The notes beneath the pieces were generated by a model that was given only the letters and a program-made list of their open reading frames with translations, had not been told where the DNA came from and did no database searches. A DNA stretch of 64,000 bases from NCBI GenBank assembly GCA_017642445.1, contig JAGCPA010000095.1, forward strand, positions 2,177 through 66,176, in the 5' to 3' direction. The stretch is from Spirochaetia bacterium. Its GTDB lineage: Bacteria > Spirochaetota > Spirochaetia > CADAEX01. Positions 1 through 9,220 of the stretch are shown one piece after another. Both the position numbers and the translations under genes were made by a program. How positions within the stretch are numbered: the first letter of the stretch is position 1; each line of letters starts with the position of its first letter.

Positions 1-1060
1 CGACTTCTCTGTAATCCTGGGCCATGAGCATGAGAACCATGACCACGATATGGAGTATCTTTTCGGAAAGGAAGAGCATTCTCATGAACATCATCATGAG
101 CACCATCACGGGCACCGCAACTTAGCCGATGTCCTGAGTATCATTGACAGTACTCAGATGACAGATAAGGCTCGCTCCCTTGCTCATAAGATATTTACGA
201 TTATTGCCGAGGCCGAGTCCAAGGCCCATGGAGTTCCCCTCGATCAGGTCCATTTCCACGAGGTGGGGGCTGTCGATTCCATAGTTGATATTATCGCCCT
301 TGCTGTATGCTTTGACAGCCTGGCTGTTGATAAAGTCTTTGTTCCACGTCTTAACGAAGGGGTGGGAACTGTCAGATGTCAGCACGGCATTCTCCCTGTC
401 CCTGTGCCAGCTGTTGCCAATATTGCCTCTGCCTATAATCTTCCTCTTCATATAATGGATGAGCAGGGTGAGTTCATAACCCCGACAGGGGCAGCATTTG
501 TAGCTGCAGTCCGCACCGACGGAGCGCTTCCGGCAGGGTTCACCATCGAGAAGGTGGGATTGGGGGCAGGAAAGCGCAGCTACCGGATCCCAAGCATTCT
601 CAGGACTATAGTCATAAAATGGGAGGAAGCCCTTGACCATGATGTGATCTGCAAGCTGGAGACCAATATCGACGACTGTCCCGGCGAGGCCCTGGGCTTT
701 GTCATGGAGCAGCTGTTCGAAGCCGGAGCCAGGGATGTCCACTATGTTCCATGCTTTATGAAGAAAAATCGCCCTGGGTATCTCCTCACTGTTCTATGCG
801 ACAGGGAGAAGAGGGGCGATATGGAGAGAATCATCTTCACCCATACTACCACCATAGGAATACGTCATACCGAAATGGAGCGCACTGTTCTGGACCGCCA
901 TATTGAGGAGCGGGAGACTCCCTATGGAAAAGTGAAGGTCAAGGTGGTATCATTTTATGGAAAAGAGCGGGTTTACCCGGAGTATGAGAGCGTGGCAGAT
1001 ATATGCCGTCGTACAGGGGAACCATTTACATCAGTATATAATAGTGCGATAGGAGGATAA
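1..1060 (+). CDS. larC: LarC nickel-insertion protein (pincer nucleotide cofactor biosynthesis). Truncated at the 5' end by the window edge.
   Basis: Frame 2 is open from nt 2 with no start, so the gene continues upstream. His-rich tract HEHHHEHHHGH, GAVDSIVDI and the C-terminal MKKNRPGYLLTV motif are typical of the LarC/DUF111 family. Stop at 1060. Confidence 0.75.
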   Translation, partial: DFSVILGHEHENHDHDMEYLFGKEEHSHEHHHEHHHGHRNLADVLSIIDSTQMTDKARSLAHKIFTIIAEAESKAHGVPLDQVHFHEVGAVDSIVDIIALAVCFDSLAVDKVFVPRLNEGVGTVRCQHGILPVPVPAVANIASAYNLPLHIMDEQGEFITPTGAAFVAAVRTDGALPAGFTIEKVGLGAGKRSYRIPSILRTIVIKWEEALDHDVICKLETNIDDCPGEALGFVMEQLFEAGARDVHYVPCFMKKNRPGYLLTVLCDREKRGDMERIIFTHTTTIGIRHTEMERTVLDRHIEERETPYGKVKVKVVSFYGKERVYPEYESVADICRRTGEPFTSVYNSAIGG

Positions 1061-1061
1061 T

Positions 1062-1448
1062 ATGGCTTGTTTTACCATTCCACTGGCAGAGGCTGTAGTT
1101 GTTTCAGCCGTAGAGAAATTCACTCTCCGCCATGCGGACGACAAGAGCGATGCAAGTGCAAAGGTCGATGCTGTAAGGGAGAAGATCGGCTGGCTCAAGA
1201 AGATGCTCTATGGTGGCAGCTTCCTGTTGGCGATAGAGCACCTGTATCATGGCGAGATTTCACTTCTGCCGCCATTCCTGACAGCTATGAGCACCCCAGA
1301 GGAGATACCGGAGATGCTCCACGAGATGGCTACAGTGGGGGTTGGGATGGCAGTTCTTACCACAGCGGTCTGGGGAGTGCTGGTAGGAGTTTCTGTCATA
1401 GTAAAAAAAGTGCGCCAGCATCAGGATATTGTGAACGACGAGGCGTAA
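1062..1448 (+). CDS. Hypothetical small protein with a C-terminal transmembrane helix
   Basis: 128-aa ORF starting 2 nt after the larC stop, with an AGGAGGA ribosome-binding site upstream. Hydrophobic C-terminus. No family recognised. Confidence 0.4.
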   Translation: MACFTIPLAEAVVVSAVEKFTLRHADDKSDASAKVDAVREKIGWLKKMLYGGSFLLAIEHLYHGEISLLPPFLTAMSTPEEIPEMLHEMATVGVGMAVLTTAVWGVLVGVSVIVKKVRQHQDIVNDEA

Positions 1449-1449
1449 T

Positions 1450-1737
1450 ATGTGCCTTATCATGACTATATGCGCCGCAGCGGTGTTCACTGTGCTTTAT
1501 GCGGTGAATAAAAAGGGCGGCAAAGGTAAGAAAAGCCTTCTGAACGCAACATTCATGTTCTGGGCTGCCGCAATCATGTGGAGTGTGGATGGCATTGCCT
1601 CTGTGTATGGCGGTGAGCCATTCTTTGACATAAGCCGCGAGGATACAATCCTGGGTTTTATCGTTGTCGGGGCCGGTCTTGTGGTATATTCCATGATGGC
1701 AGCTGTTGAGAAAAGGCGGAACCTTAAAGCCCTATGA
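1450..1737 (+). CDS. Hypothetical small membrane protein (two predicted transmembrane helices)
   Basis: 95-aa ORF tightly packed between neighbours. Two hydrophobic segments separated by a Lys-rich loop. Confidence 0.4.
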   Translation: MCLIMTICAAAVFTVLYAVNKKGGKGKKSLLNATFMFWAAAIMWSVDGIASVYGGEPFFDISREDTILGFIVVGAGLVVYSMMAAVEKRRNLKAL

Positions 1738-2684
1738 AGAAACTGTTCTTTACGTTTTTAATCATCCTTTGCTGTGCATCAGGCATTTCTGCAGAACCTG
1801 CCCCTATTGTCTTCTTTATCAAAGATATAACTCCAGAGGCATTAGTTAAGGTTTATAAAGCTACGGGTTACAAGGCAGAAGGGAAGACAGGTGTAAAGGT
1901 CAGCACCGGCGAGAGCGAGAAATCTAACTACCTCCGGCCAGCCCTCATCAAAAATCTGGTGAAGGATGAGCTCAATGCCACTATTGTAGAATGCAATACA
2001 GCTTATGGCGGCAACCGGAACAACAACATAGACCACATGAGAATTGCCAAGGAGCATGGCTTTCTGGATGTGGCCAACGGCTTTGACCTGCAGGATGCAG
2101 AAGGGTATATGACCATTCCTGTGAAAGGGGGAGTGCGGCTTAAGGAGAACTATGTCGGAACCCACTTCAAGGATTACGATACATATCTGATTCTTTCCCA
2201 TTTCAAGGGGCACGCCATGGGTGGCTTCGGCGGTGCGGTCAAGAACCTCTCCATAGGTTTTGCATCAGGCTCAAGCTGCGAGAAATCGGGCAAACTCAAT
2301 ATTCACAGCGCAGGACGCAGCACCACAAGCTGGACCCGCTGTCCTCAGGATGAGTTCCTCGAGAGCATGGCAGAGGCTGCAAAGTCGGTATGCGACTATA
2401 TGCAGGGTGGAAAAGGGATTGTCTGTGTGAATGTGATGAACCGCCTTTCGGTTGACTGCGACTGTGACAGCAGCCCGGCAGAGCCTGATATGCACGATAT
2501 AGGCATTCTGGCCTCACTTGATCCGGTGGCTCTGGATCAGGCATGCGTAGACCTTGTATACAGTGCAAAGGACAGTAAAAGCCTTATAGAGCGCATCGAG
2601 AGCCGCAATGGCATCCATACCCTTGAGCATGCTGAGAAAATAGGTTTCGGCAGCAGAAAATACCAGCTGATTGAGATAAAATGA
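1734..2684 (+). CDS. DUF362-like Cys-rich protein with an N-terminal signal peptide
   Basis: N-terminus MKKLFFTFLIILCCASGISA resembles a signal peptide. The C-terminal region carries the VDCDCD...P cysteine pattern seen in DUF362 (putative Fe-S) proteins. Overlaps neighbouring genes by 4 nt. Confidence 0.5.
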   Translation: MKKLFFTFLIILCCASGISAEPAPIVFFIKDITPEALVKVYKATGYKAEGKTGVKVSTGESEKSNYLRPALIKNLVKDELNATIVECNTAYGGNRNNNIDHMRIAKEHGFLDVANGFDLQDAEGYMTIPVKGGVRLKENYVGTHFKDYDTYLILSHFKGHAMGGFGGAVKNLSIGFASGSSCEKSGKLNIHSAGRSTTSWTRCPQDEFLESMAEAAKSVCDYMQGGKGIVCVNVMNRLSVDCDCDSSPAEPDMHDIGILASLDPVALDQACVDLVYSAKDSKSLIERIESRNGIHTLEHAEKIGFGSRKYQLIEIK

Positions 2685-3115
2685 GAAAAATTATAACCTT
2701 GATTCTGATTTTATGTGCAGCATCTTTGTATGCAGATTCAAAGGATAATATGAAGATTACAATCAGCATTACCAGCAGCAGCGGAAACCACAATATCACT
2801 GCGACTCTGGTGGATAACTCATCATCCCGGGCTTTTGCAGAGCTTTTAGTAAAGGGATCTGTGACTGTGGATATGCAGGACTACGGCAGCTTTGAGAAGG
2901 TGGGCACCTTGCCTGCCTCTCTGCCGCGGAACGACACAAGCATCACTACAGAGCCTGGGGATATCATCCTTTATCAGGGCAATAAGATCACCATCTACTA
3001 CGACACAAACAGCTGGAGTTTCACCCGGCTTGGAAAGGTGGATGGAGTTACTCCGTCAGAGCTCAGGAAAATCTTAGGCAAAGGCATTATTAAGGCAGTG
3101 TTTGAGCTTAAATAA
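2681..3115 (+). CDS. Secreted small protein, cyclophilin-like fold family (tentative)
   Basis: 144 aa with signal peptide MRKIITLILILCAASLYA. Resembles small cyclophilin-like-domain proteins often found next to flavodoxins. Family assignment is tentative. Confidence 0.4.
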   Translation: MRKIITLILILCAASLYADSKDNMKITISITSSSGNHNITATLVDNSSSRAFAELLVKGSVTVDMQDYGSFEKVGTLPASLPRNDTSITTEPGDIILYQGNKITIYYDTNSWSFTRLGKVDGVTPSELRKILGKGIIKAVFELK

Positions 3116-3124
3116 TACCTGATG

Positions 3125-3601
3125 TCAGGCTTCGTGCACCTGCTTGCCTGTCATGTGCTCCGGCACCAGTGCAAAGCAGAGCACCCTTGAGCCGGAACGC
3201 TGTATCATTGCCTCTATCTCTACAGTATCCTGCAGAAACTTGAGGCTGAGCTTCCTGCAGATATCCAGCGCCTCAGCATGGTCTTCGACAAACCTGACCT
3301 TTCCGAACACAATCACGCTTTTAAAGGTGAGGGCCCAGTCTCCTTCCTTTCTATAGCCATCATCAAGGACGCAGAAAGAGACTTTATCGCACTTCTTAAG
3401 TGCATCGATCTTATGTCCCTGCATCCCTCCGTGGAAATAGAGGCAGCCGTCCTCTTCATTATACCAGTGGTTCAGAGGAACTCCGTAGGGATACCCGTCA
3501 TCTCCCAAGACAGAGAGAACACCCCGTTTCTGCTCTTTCAGTATTCTGATGCATTCCTCATCTGGAATCTGCTGCTTTATCCGTGCCATTCTTCTGAACA
3601 T
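3125..3601 (-). CDS. Pyridoxamine 5'-phosphate oxidase family protein (FMN-binding split barrel, NimA-like)
   Basis: 158 aa. GVLSVLGDDGYPYGVPLNHWY and LYFHGGMQGHK match the PNPOx/NimA split-barrel family. Convergent with the upstream + strand gene. Confidence 0.6.
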   Translation of the reverse strand: MFRRMARIKQQIPDEECIRILKEQKRGVLSVLGDDGYPYGVPLNHWYNEEDGCLYFHGGMQGHKIDALKKCDKVSFCVLDDGYRKEGDWALTFKSVIVFGKVRFVEDHAEALDICRKLSLKFLQDTVEIEAMIQRSGSRVLCFALVPEHMTGKQVHEA

Positions 3602-3686
3602 ACCCTGCTCCTTTAAAAAGGTTAACTTTATTATATCCTATTATAACAAATCCGTGTTATACTTTAAAAGTACTATAGGAGGAGAC

Positions 3687-4145
3687 ATGAGTAAAACTTT
3701 GATAGCTTATTTCTCGGCCGGCGGAAACACCGCATATACCGCGCGTATGCTGGCCCAGCAGATGGATGCAGATATCTATTCCATCAAGCCGGTGCAGAAG
3801 TATACTCCGGCAGACCTTGACTGGCAGAATCCGAACAGCCGCAGCTCTGTGGAGATGAACGACCCGACATCACGGCCCGAGATAATCGAGGGGGAGATCG
3901 ATCTTTCCCAATATGACACAGTATGTCTTGGATTCCCTATCTGGTGGTATGTGGCACCTCATGCTGTGAACACATTCATAGAGAAAAACAATTTCTCAGG
4001 CAAGAAGGTTATCCTTTTCGCCACATCTGGCGGCAGCGAGATAACCAAGGCATTGGACACCATGCGTGCCCAGTACCCAAGAATGAACATTGTGGGCGGC
4101 AAGATGCTCAACGGCAAAGTTGAGCCTGGCTGCCTGGACTTCTGA
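3687..4145 (+). CDS. Flavodoxin
   Basis: MSKTLIAYFSAGGNTAYTARMLA matches the flavodoxin FMN-binding loop. GGAGGAG ribosome-binding site 5 nt upstream of the ATG at 3687. The track ORF starts at 3549, but that upstream extension has no support. Confidence 0.8.
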   Translation: MSKTLIAYFSAGGNTAYTARMLAQQMDADIYSIKPVQKYTPADLDWQNPNSRSSVEMNDPTSRPEIIEGEIDLSQYDTVCLGFPIWWYVAPHAVNTFIEKNNFSGKKVILFATSGGSEITKALDTMRAQYPRMNIVGGKMLNGKVEPGCLDF

Positions 4146-4155
4146 TATAAGGCTT

Positions 4156-4668
4156 ATGACCACCTTTATCTCCAATTCCGACCATTATGCTCAGGTGGTG
4201 GAGCGGATGCAGGATGTCAGCAGGCTCCTTTGGATAGGAACCTCTGATATCAAGGACCTCTATGTGATGGAGGGGCAGAATACAAAGCCCCTCCTGGGGG
4301 TTCTCTCCGACCTGGTGCACAGGGGAGTGGAGGTGCGTCTTATACATGCCAAGGAGCCTGGTCCTGCCTTCAGGGAGGACTTTGATAAATATCCCGACCT
4401 TATCGACGGGATGGAGCGGGTTCTGTGCCCTAGGGTACACTTCAAGATTGTCATTTTCGATCTGAACACCGCCTACATAGGCTCTGCAAACCTTACCGGA
4501 GCCGGGCTTGGCATGAAAGGGGAGAACACCCGTAACTTCGAGGCCGGCATCCTTACCACAGACCCAGAGCTGGTGGAAAAAGCGATACAGCAGTTTGACG
4601 ATGTGTGGATGGGCTCCTTCTGCAAGGAGTGCAGACGGAAGGATTTCTGCCCAGACCCTATAGTATAA
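4156..4668 (+). CDS. Phospholipase D-like (single HKD motif) domain protein, Nuc-like, with a C-terminal Cys cluster
   Basis: HKD motif HFKIVIFDLNTAYIGSANLTG (H-x-K-x4-D-x6-GSxN). Start chosen at ATG 4156, just after the flavodoxin stop. The track start at 4090 overlaps flavodoxin. C-terminus reads CKECRRKDFCPDP. Confidence 0.6.
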   Translation: MTTFISNSDHYAQVVERMQDVSRLLWIGTSDIKDLYVMEGQNTKPLLGVLSDLVHRGVEVRLIHAKEPGPAFREDFDKYPDLIDGMERVLCPRVHFKIVIFDLNTAYIGSANLTGAGLGMKGENTRNFEAGILTTDPELVEKAIQQFDDVWMGSFCKECRRKDFCPDPIV

Positions 4669-4706
4669 CCTTGACGCTTATATTTTAAATAAATATAATA
4701 TTCCGC

Positions 4707-6194
4707 ATGGAAAAACCAGAAGTTAGAGTCAGATATGCCCCGTCTCCGACTGGGCTTCAGCATATCGGCGGGGTGCGGACCGCGCTGTTCAACTACTTTT
4801 TTGCCCGGGCTAACGGCGGTAAATTCATCCTCCGTATCGAGGACACCGACCGTGAGCGCTATTCCGATGAATCCTTGGATGACCTCTATTCCACACTGGA
4901 ATGGCTGGGTGTAAAATGGGACGAGGGCCCTGTTGTGGGCGGTCCTTATGGTCCTTATGTCCAGTCTGAGCGGACCGAGCTTTACCGTGAATATGCCAAG
5001 AAGCTGGTGGAAAGCGGCCATGCCTACTACTGCTACTGCACCCCTGAGCGGCTTGAGGAGCTTCGGGAGAAGCAGACCAAGGAGAAAAAGGATTTCGGCT
5101 ATGACAGACACTGCCGAAACCTGACCCCAGAACAGGAGCAGGCCTATAAGGATGCAGGGATCAAGCCTGTAATCCGCCTCAAGATTCCTCTGGAGGGGTA
5201 CACCGAGTTCGAGGACTTCCTCCTGGGCCCGATGAAAAAGCGCAACTCAGACATCAGCCCCGATCCTATCCTCCTTAAATCCGACGGTTTCCCGACATAT
5301 CATCTGGCCAATGTGATCGACGACCATTTTATGAAGATAACCCATATTCTAAGGGCCCAGGAGTGGGTGCCATCCATTCCTCTCCATGTGCAGCTCTATA
5401 AAGCTTTCGGCTGGGAGCCGCCAGTCTACTGCCACCTTCCTATGGTAATGGGAAGCGACGGTCAGAAGCTCTCCAAGCGCCACGGCTCAACATCATTACG
5501 GGATTTCCGTGCAAAAGGATATCTTCCGGAGGCAATCCTGAACTATGTATCTCTCATAGGCTGGAGCTACGACGACTCAAGGGAGTTCTTCACCCGGCAG
5601 GAGCTTGAGGAGCTTTTCTGCCTTGAGAAGCTGAACAAGGCCCCTGGAGTCTTTGACTACAAGAAGCTGGACTGGTTCAACGGCCAGTATATCCGCAAGA
5701 AGACAGATGCCGAGCTGACAGAGCTCCTCATGCCATATCTTGAGAAGGCAGGCATTGTGCATACCCCTATGACACCGGAAGAGGAGGAGATTCTTACAAA
5801 GGCTATCCCTCTGGCCAAAGAGCGGCTTAAATATCTTTCCGACATCCCTGAGGTGATCGGCTTCCTGTTCAAGGCACCTGAGAGTTACAACACAGAAGAG
5901 CTTATCCCAAAGAAACTGGATAAAGAGCGGACACTGGAGCTTCTGAATGTGCATGCCGGCATGATCCCGCAGTTCATAGAGCTGTCCGAAGAGGCTATCG
6001 AGCCTGTTCTGAGGGCAAAATGCGACGAACTTGGAGTAAAGCTTGGAGACTTCCTTATGATTCTCCGTGTGGCAGTGACAGGGACAAAGATATCTCCTCC
6101 TATAGTAGGCTCCATAAAGCTGTTGGGTGCGGAAGAGACTGAGAAAAGAATTCAAAAAGTAATAAATATATTAAAAGACGAGGTAACAAAATGA
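4707..6194 (+). CDS. gltX: Glutamate--tRNA ligase
   Basis: Class I aminoacyl-tRNA synthetase. HIGH-region PSPTGLQHIGG and KMSKS-like KLSKR. 495 aa. Confidence 0.95.
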   Translation: MEKPEVRVRYAPSPTGLQHIGGVRTALFNYFFARANGGKFILRIEDTDRERYSDESLDDLYSTLEWLGVKWDEGPVVGGPYGPYVQSERTELYREYAKKLVESGHAYYCYCTPERLEELREKQTKEKKDFGYDRHCRNLTPEQEQAYKDAGIKPVIRLKIPLEGYTEFEDFLLGPMKKRNSDISPDPILLKSDGFPTYHLANVIDDHFMKITHILRAQEWVPSIPLHVQLYKAFGWEPPVYCHLPMVMGSDGQKLSKRHGSTSLRDFRAKGYLPEAILNYVSLIGWSYDDSREFFTRQELEELFCLEKLNKAPGVFDYKKLDWFNGQYIRKKTDAELTELLMPYLEKAGIVHTPMTPEEEEILTKAIPLAKERLKYLSDIPEVIGFLFKAPESYNTEELIPKKLDKERTLELLNVHAGMIPQFIELSEEAIEPVLRAKCDELGVKLGDFLMILRVAVTGTKISPPIVGSIKLLGAEETEKRIQKVINILKDEVTK

Positions 6195-7525
6195 GCGAAG
6201 TAACAATGGATACATTGGTCTCCCTGTGCAAGAGAAGGGGATTTGTGTTCCAGTCAAGCGAGATCTACGGAGGTCTTTCCTCTGCATGGGACTACGGCCC
6301 TCTGGGAATCGCACTTAAGAAGAATATCCAGGAGTTCTGGTGGAAAGAGATGACCCGGCTCCATGACAATATCGTAGGTATTGATGCTGCCATCATGATG
6401 CACCCACGTGTCTGGGAGGCATCGGGCCATGTGGAGAACTTCACAGACCCTCTGGTGGACTGCAAGAAGTGCAAGATGCGTTTCCGCGAGGACAAGATTC
6501 CAGAGGAGAATGCAAAGAATAAGATCTGTCCTGAGTGCGGCGGCGAGCTTACTGCAACCAGACGGTTCAACCTTATGTTCAAGACCCATATCGGCCCTGT
6601 GGAAGATGACAACAACAACATCGTATACCTGCGGCCTGAGACAGCCCAGGGTATCTATGTAAACTTCAAGAACGTGGTCCAGAACTGCAGAATGAAGGTT
6701 CCTTTCGGTATTGCCCAGGTTGGAAAAGCATTCCGTAACGAGATTGTTACCAAGAACTTCATCTTCAGAACCTGCGAGTTCGAGCAGATGGAGATGCAGT
6801 ACTTTGTACAGCCAGAGGATGACATGAAATGGTTCGAGTACTGGAGAGGCGAGCGGTGGAACTACTACAAGAAGATGGGTATCCGTGAGAACAAGCTCCG
6901 CTGGCATCAGCACGGTCCAGATGAGCTGGCTCATTACGCAAAGTGCGCATACGACATTGAGTATGAATTCCCTATGGGCTTCCAGGAGCTGGAGGGTGTA
7001 CACAACAGAACCGACTACGACCTCACACGCCATACCCAGTATTCAGGCAAGGATCAGTCCTATCTTGAAGAGGGTACAAACAGGAAGTTCATCCCATATA
7101 TCATCGAGACTTCAGCCGGACTTACCAGAAACGTCCTTATGGTTCTCTCCGATGCATACGAGGAGCAGCAGGTTGCAGAGGGCGACACCAGAGTTGTCCT
7201 TCACTTCCATCCGAATATCGCACCTATCAAGCTGGCAGTATTCCCGCTGGTAAAGAAAGACGGCCTTGCAGAGCTTGCATCCGATATCGAGCACAACCTG
7301 CGCGATGAGTTTGCGACCTACTACGACCAGAGCGGAGCTATCGGAAGACGGTACCGCAGACAGGACGAGGTTGGAACTCCATACTGTATCACAGTCGACT
7401 ACCAGACTAAGGAAGACAACACAGTGACACTCCGTTTCAGAGATTCCATGGAGCAGGTGCGTGTCAAGATCGATGAGATTCCTGCATTCATCCGCAAGGC
7501 AGATAAAGAATATAAGAGAGTATGA
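6191..7525 (+). CDS. glyQS: Glycine--tRNA ligase, single-chain dimeric (alpha2) type
   Basis: 444 aa. N-terminus MDTLVSLCKRRGFVFQSSEIYGG plus class II motifs. Overlaps the gltX stop by 4 nt (ATGA). Confidence 0.93.
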   Translation: MSEVTMDTLVSLCKRRGFVFQSSEIYGGLSSAWDYGPLGIALKKNIQEFWWKEMTRLHDNIVGIDAAIMMHPRVWEASGHVENFTDPLVDCKKCKMRFREDKIPEENAKNKICPECGGELTATRRFNLMFKTHIGPVEDDNNNIVYLRPETAQGIYVNFKNVVQNCRMKVPFGIAQVGKAFRNEIVTKNFIFRTCEFEQMEMQYFVQPEDDMKWFEYWRGERWNYYKKMGIRENKLRWHQHGPDELAHYAKCAYDIEYEFPMGFQELEGVHNRTDYDLTRHTQYSGKDQSYLEEGTNRKFIPYIIETSAGLTRNVLMVLSDAYEEQQVAEGDTRVVLHFHPNIAPIKLAVFPLVKKDGLAELASDIEHNLRDEFATYYDQSGAIGRRYRRQDEVGTPYCITVDYQTKEDNTVTLRFRDSMEQVRVKIDEIPAFIRKADKEYKRV

Positions 7526-8745
7526 CCATGAACAAAGCGCTTGAAGTTCTTAAATCGAGAGGTTTTTTCCAGCAGTGTACAGATGTTGACGGTCTTTCTG
7601 CCCTTATGGACAAAGGTCCTGTCACATTCTATGTAGGATGCGACCCGACCGGCCCAAGCCTCCATATCGGCCACATGATTCCATTCTTTGCCCTGCGCCA
7701 CCTGCGCGCCATGGGACACCACGGAATCGCCCTGGTGGGCGGCGGTACAGCACGTATCGGCGACCCTTCCGGCAAGACCGAGATGCGGAAGATGCTCTCC
7801 TACGAGGTGCTGGATCAGAACACAGAGTCTATCAAGAAGCAGCTGGACAAGTTCATCGGCTTCGATGACAAGACTGCATTCTCTGCCAACAACAAGGACT
7901 GGCTTGCAGACCTCAACTACATCGACTTCCTCCGGGAGATCGGATCCCAGTTCTCGGTCAACAAGATGCTCACCTTTGAATCCTATAGGAAGAGGATGGA
8001 GACAGGCCTTTCCTTCATTGAATTCAACTATCAGCTCCTTCAGAGCTACGACTATCTTATGCTCCACAGAAAATACAACGCATGCCTCCAGATCGGCGGC
8101 GACGACCAGTGGGGTAACATAGTGGCAGGTATCGACCTTATCCGCCGTCTTACAGGCGACGAGTCCTACGGCCTCACATTCCCTCTGGTGACCAGATCTG
8201 ATGGCCAGAAGATGGGCAAGAGCGAGAAGGGAGCTATCTTCCTGAACCCGGAGCTTACACCTGTATACGACTTCTTCCAGTACTGGCGGAACGTGAACGA
8301 CCCGGATGTGGAGAAGTTCTTCAAACTCTTCACCTTCCTGCCGCTTGAGGAGATCGAGCAGATCTGCAAAGGCGACATCAACGCTGCCAAGGAGAGGCTG
8401 GCATACGAAGTCACTGCTCTTATCCACAGCAAGGAGGAGGCAGACAAGGCGCTCTCAGGAGCACGGGCTGCATTCAGCGGCTCAGGCAACAAGGAGCATA
8501 TGCCTACAGTCGAGGTTCCAAAGGCCGACTTTGAGGCTGGAATCGGCATTGTAGACCTGTTCTTCAAGGCTGTCGGCGGTACCAAGAGCGATGCACGGCG
8601 GCTGGTGGAGCAGGGGGGTGCAGTGGTTGCCGACCAGAACATCAGGGATGTTAAGGCAATAATCAATGCCGATGTCCTGGATGCCGACGGAGAAGTGGTC
8701 ATCAAGGCGGGCAAGAAAAAGATGTTCCGTGTGGTGACAAAATAA
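7522..8745 (+). CDS. tyrS: Tyrosine--tRNA ligase
   Basis: HIGH motif GCDPTGPSLHIGH and KMGKS motif. C-terminal S4-like domain. 4-nt overlap with glyQS. Confidence 0.95.
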   Translation: MTMNKALEVLKSRGFFQQCTDVDGLSALMDKGPVTFYVGCDPTGPSLHIGHMIPFFALRHLRAMGHHGIALVGGGTARIGDPSGKTEMRKMLSYEVLDQNTESIKKQLDKFIGFDDKTAFSANNKDWLADLNYIDFLREIGSQFSVNKMLTFESYRKRMETGLSFIEFNYQLLQSYDYLMLHRKYNACLQIGGDDQWGNIVAGIDLIRRLTGDESYGLTFPLVTRSDGQKMGKSEKGAIFLNPELTPVYDFFQYWRNVNDPDVEKFFKLFTFLPLEEIEQICKGDINAAKERLAYEVTALIHSKEEADKALSGARAAFSGSGNKEHMPTVEVPKADFEAGIGIVDLFFKAVGGTKSDARRLVEQGGAVVADQNIRDVKAIINADVLDADGEVVIKAGKKKMFRVVTK

Positions 8746-8749
8746 GCAG

Positions 8750-8782
8750 AACACCCTGTAACAAACAGGGTGTTTTTTTGTT
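8750..8782 (+). terminator. Rho-independent terminator after tyrS
   Basis: Hairpin aacaccctgt / acagggtgtt followed by a T7 run. Confidence 0.7.
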
Positions 8783-8841
8783 TGACTTTATAGAGTAATC
8801 AGACGATAATTAATATAAAGAAAAGATTTAAGGAGCTGACT

Positions 8842-9121
8842 ATGGCAGAAGAGAAAAAAAAATACTAAAAAAGTTATTCTTATCATAATTGCAATTGTAA
8901 TTATTATTCTGGCATGCCTCTATGGCTGTATTGCAAAAGGCAAGAGTGCCCCTGCAGCACAGACTGTATCAACTCCAGCTCCCGCAACTATAGAATCTGC
9001 TTCCCCGGCTCCGGCTCCGGCACCACAGCCTGCTCCAGCTCCAAAGCCAGCACCGGCACCAGAGCCTCAGAAGTCTATTTTCCCTGAAAACAGCGCAGAC
9101 TCACCTGTGACAGAAAAGTAA
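8842..9121 (+). pseudogene. Small membrane-anchored Pro/Ala-rich protein, interrupted by a frameshift at an A9 tract
   Basis: AAGGAG ribosome-binding site 6 nt upstream of ATG 8842. The reading frame reaches TAA at 8866 after MAEEKKKY. The downstream 85-codon ORF (KNTKKVILIIIAIVIIILACLYGC...PAPAPAPQPAPAPKPAPAPEPQ...TEK, stop at 9119-9121) has no start codon of its own. The two join only if the A9 run (8854-8862) is read as A8. Confidence 0.55.
8854..8862 (+). repeat. A9 homopolymer tract at a frameshift site
   Basis: Nine consecutive A residues, counted directly. Confidence 0.9.
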
Positions 9122-9220
9122 ATAGACCCGGGACTTATCCTTTTAAGAAATCTGAGATATTTACAAATATTTATACTTATGATAATTTAAAGAGAAGACT
9201 ATTTATATTAAGGAGACTTT

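Noticed and set aside
3549-3686. Long N-terminal extension of flavodoxin given in the ORF track
   Set aside because: The extension lies in the divergent promoter region with the NimA-like gene. The ATG at 3687 has a strong GGAGGAG ribosome-binding site and yields a canonical flavodoxin N-terminus.
4669-4706. T-box leader upstream of gltX
   Set aside because: Only 38 nt are available between the PLD-like gene stop and the gltX ATG. No specifier or T-box sequence is possible here.
7399-8427. 342-aa ORF on the minus strand
   Set aside because: It lies entirely antisense to tyrS, which has unambiguous class I synthetase motifs. It is a shadow ORF with no ribosome-binding site and low-complexity Leu/Val-rich translation.
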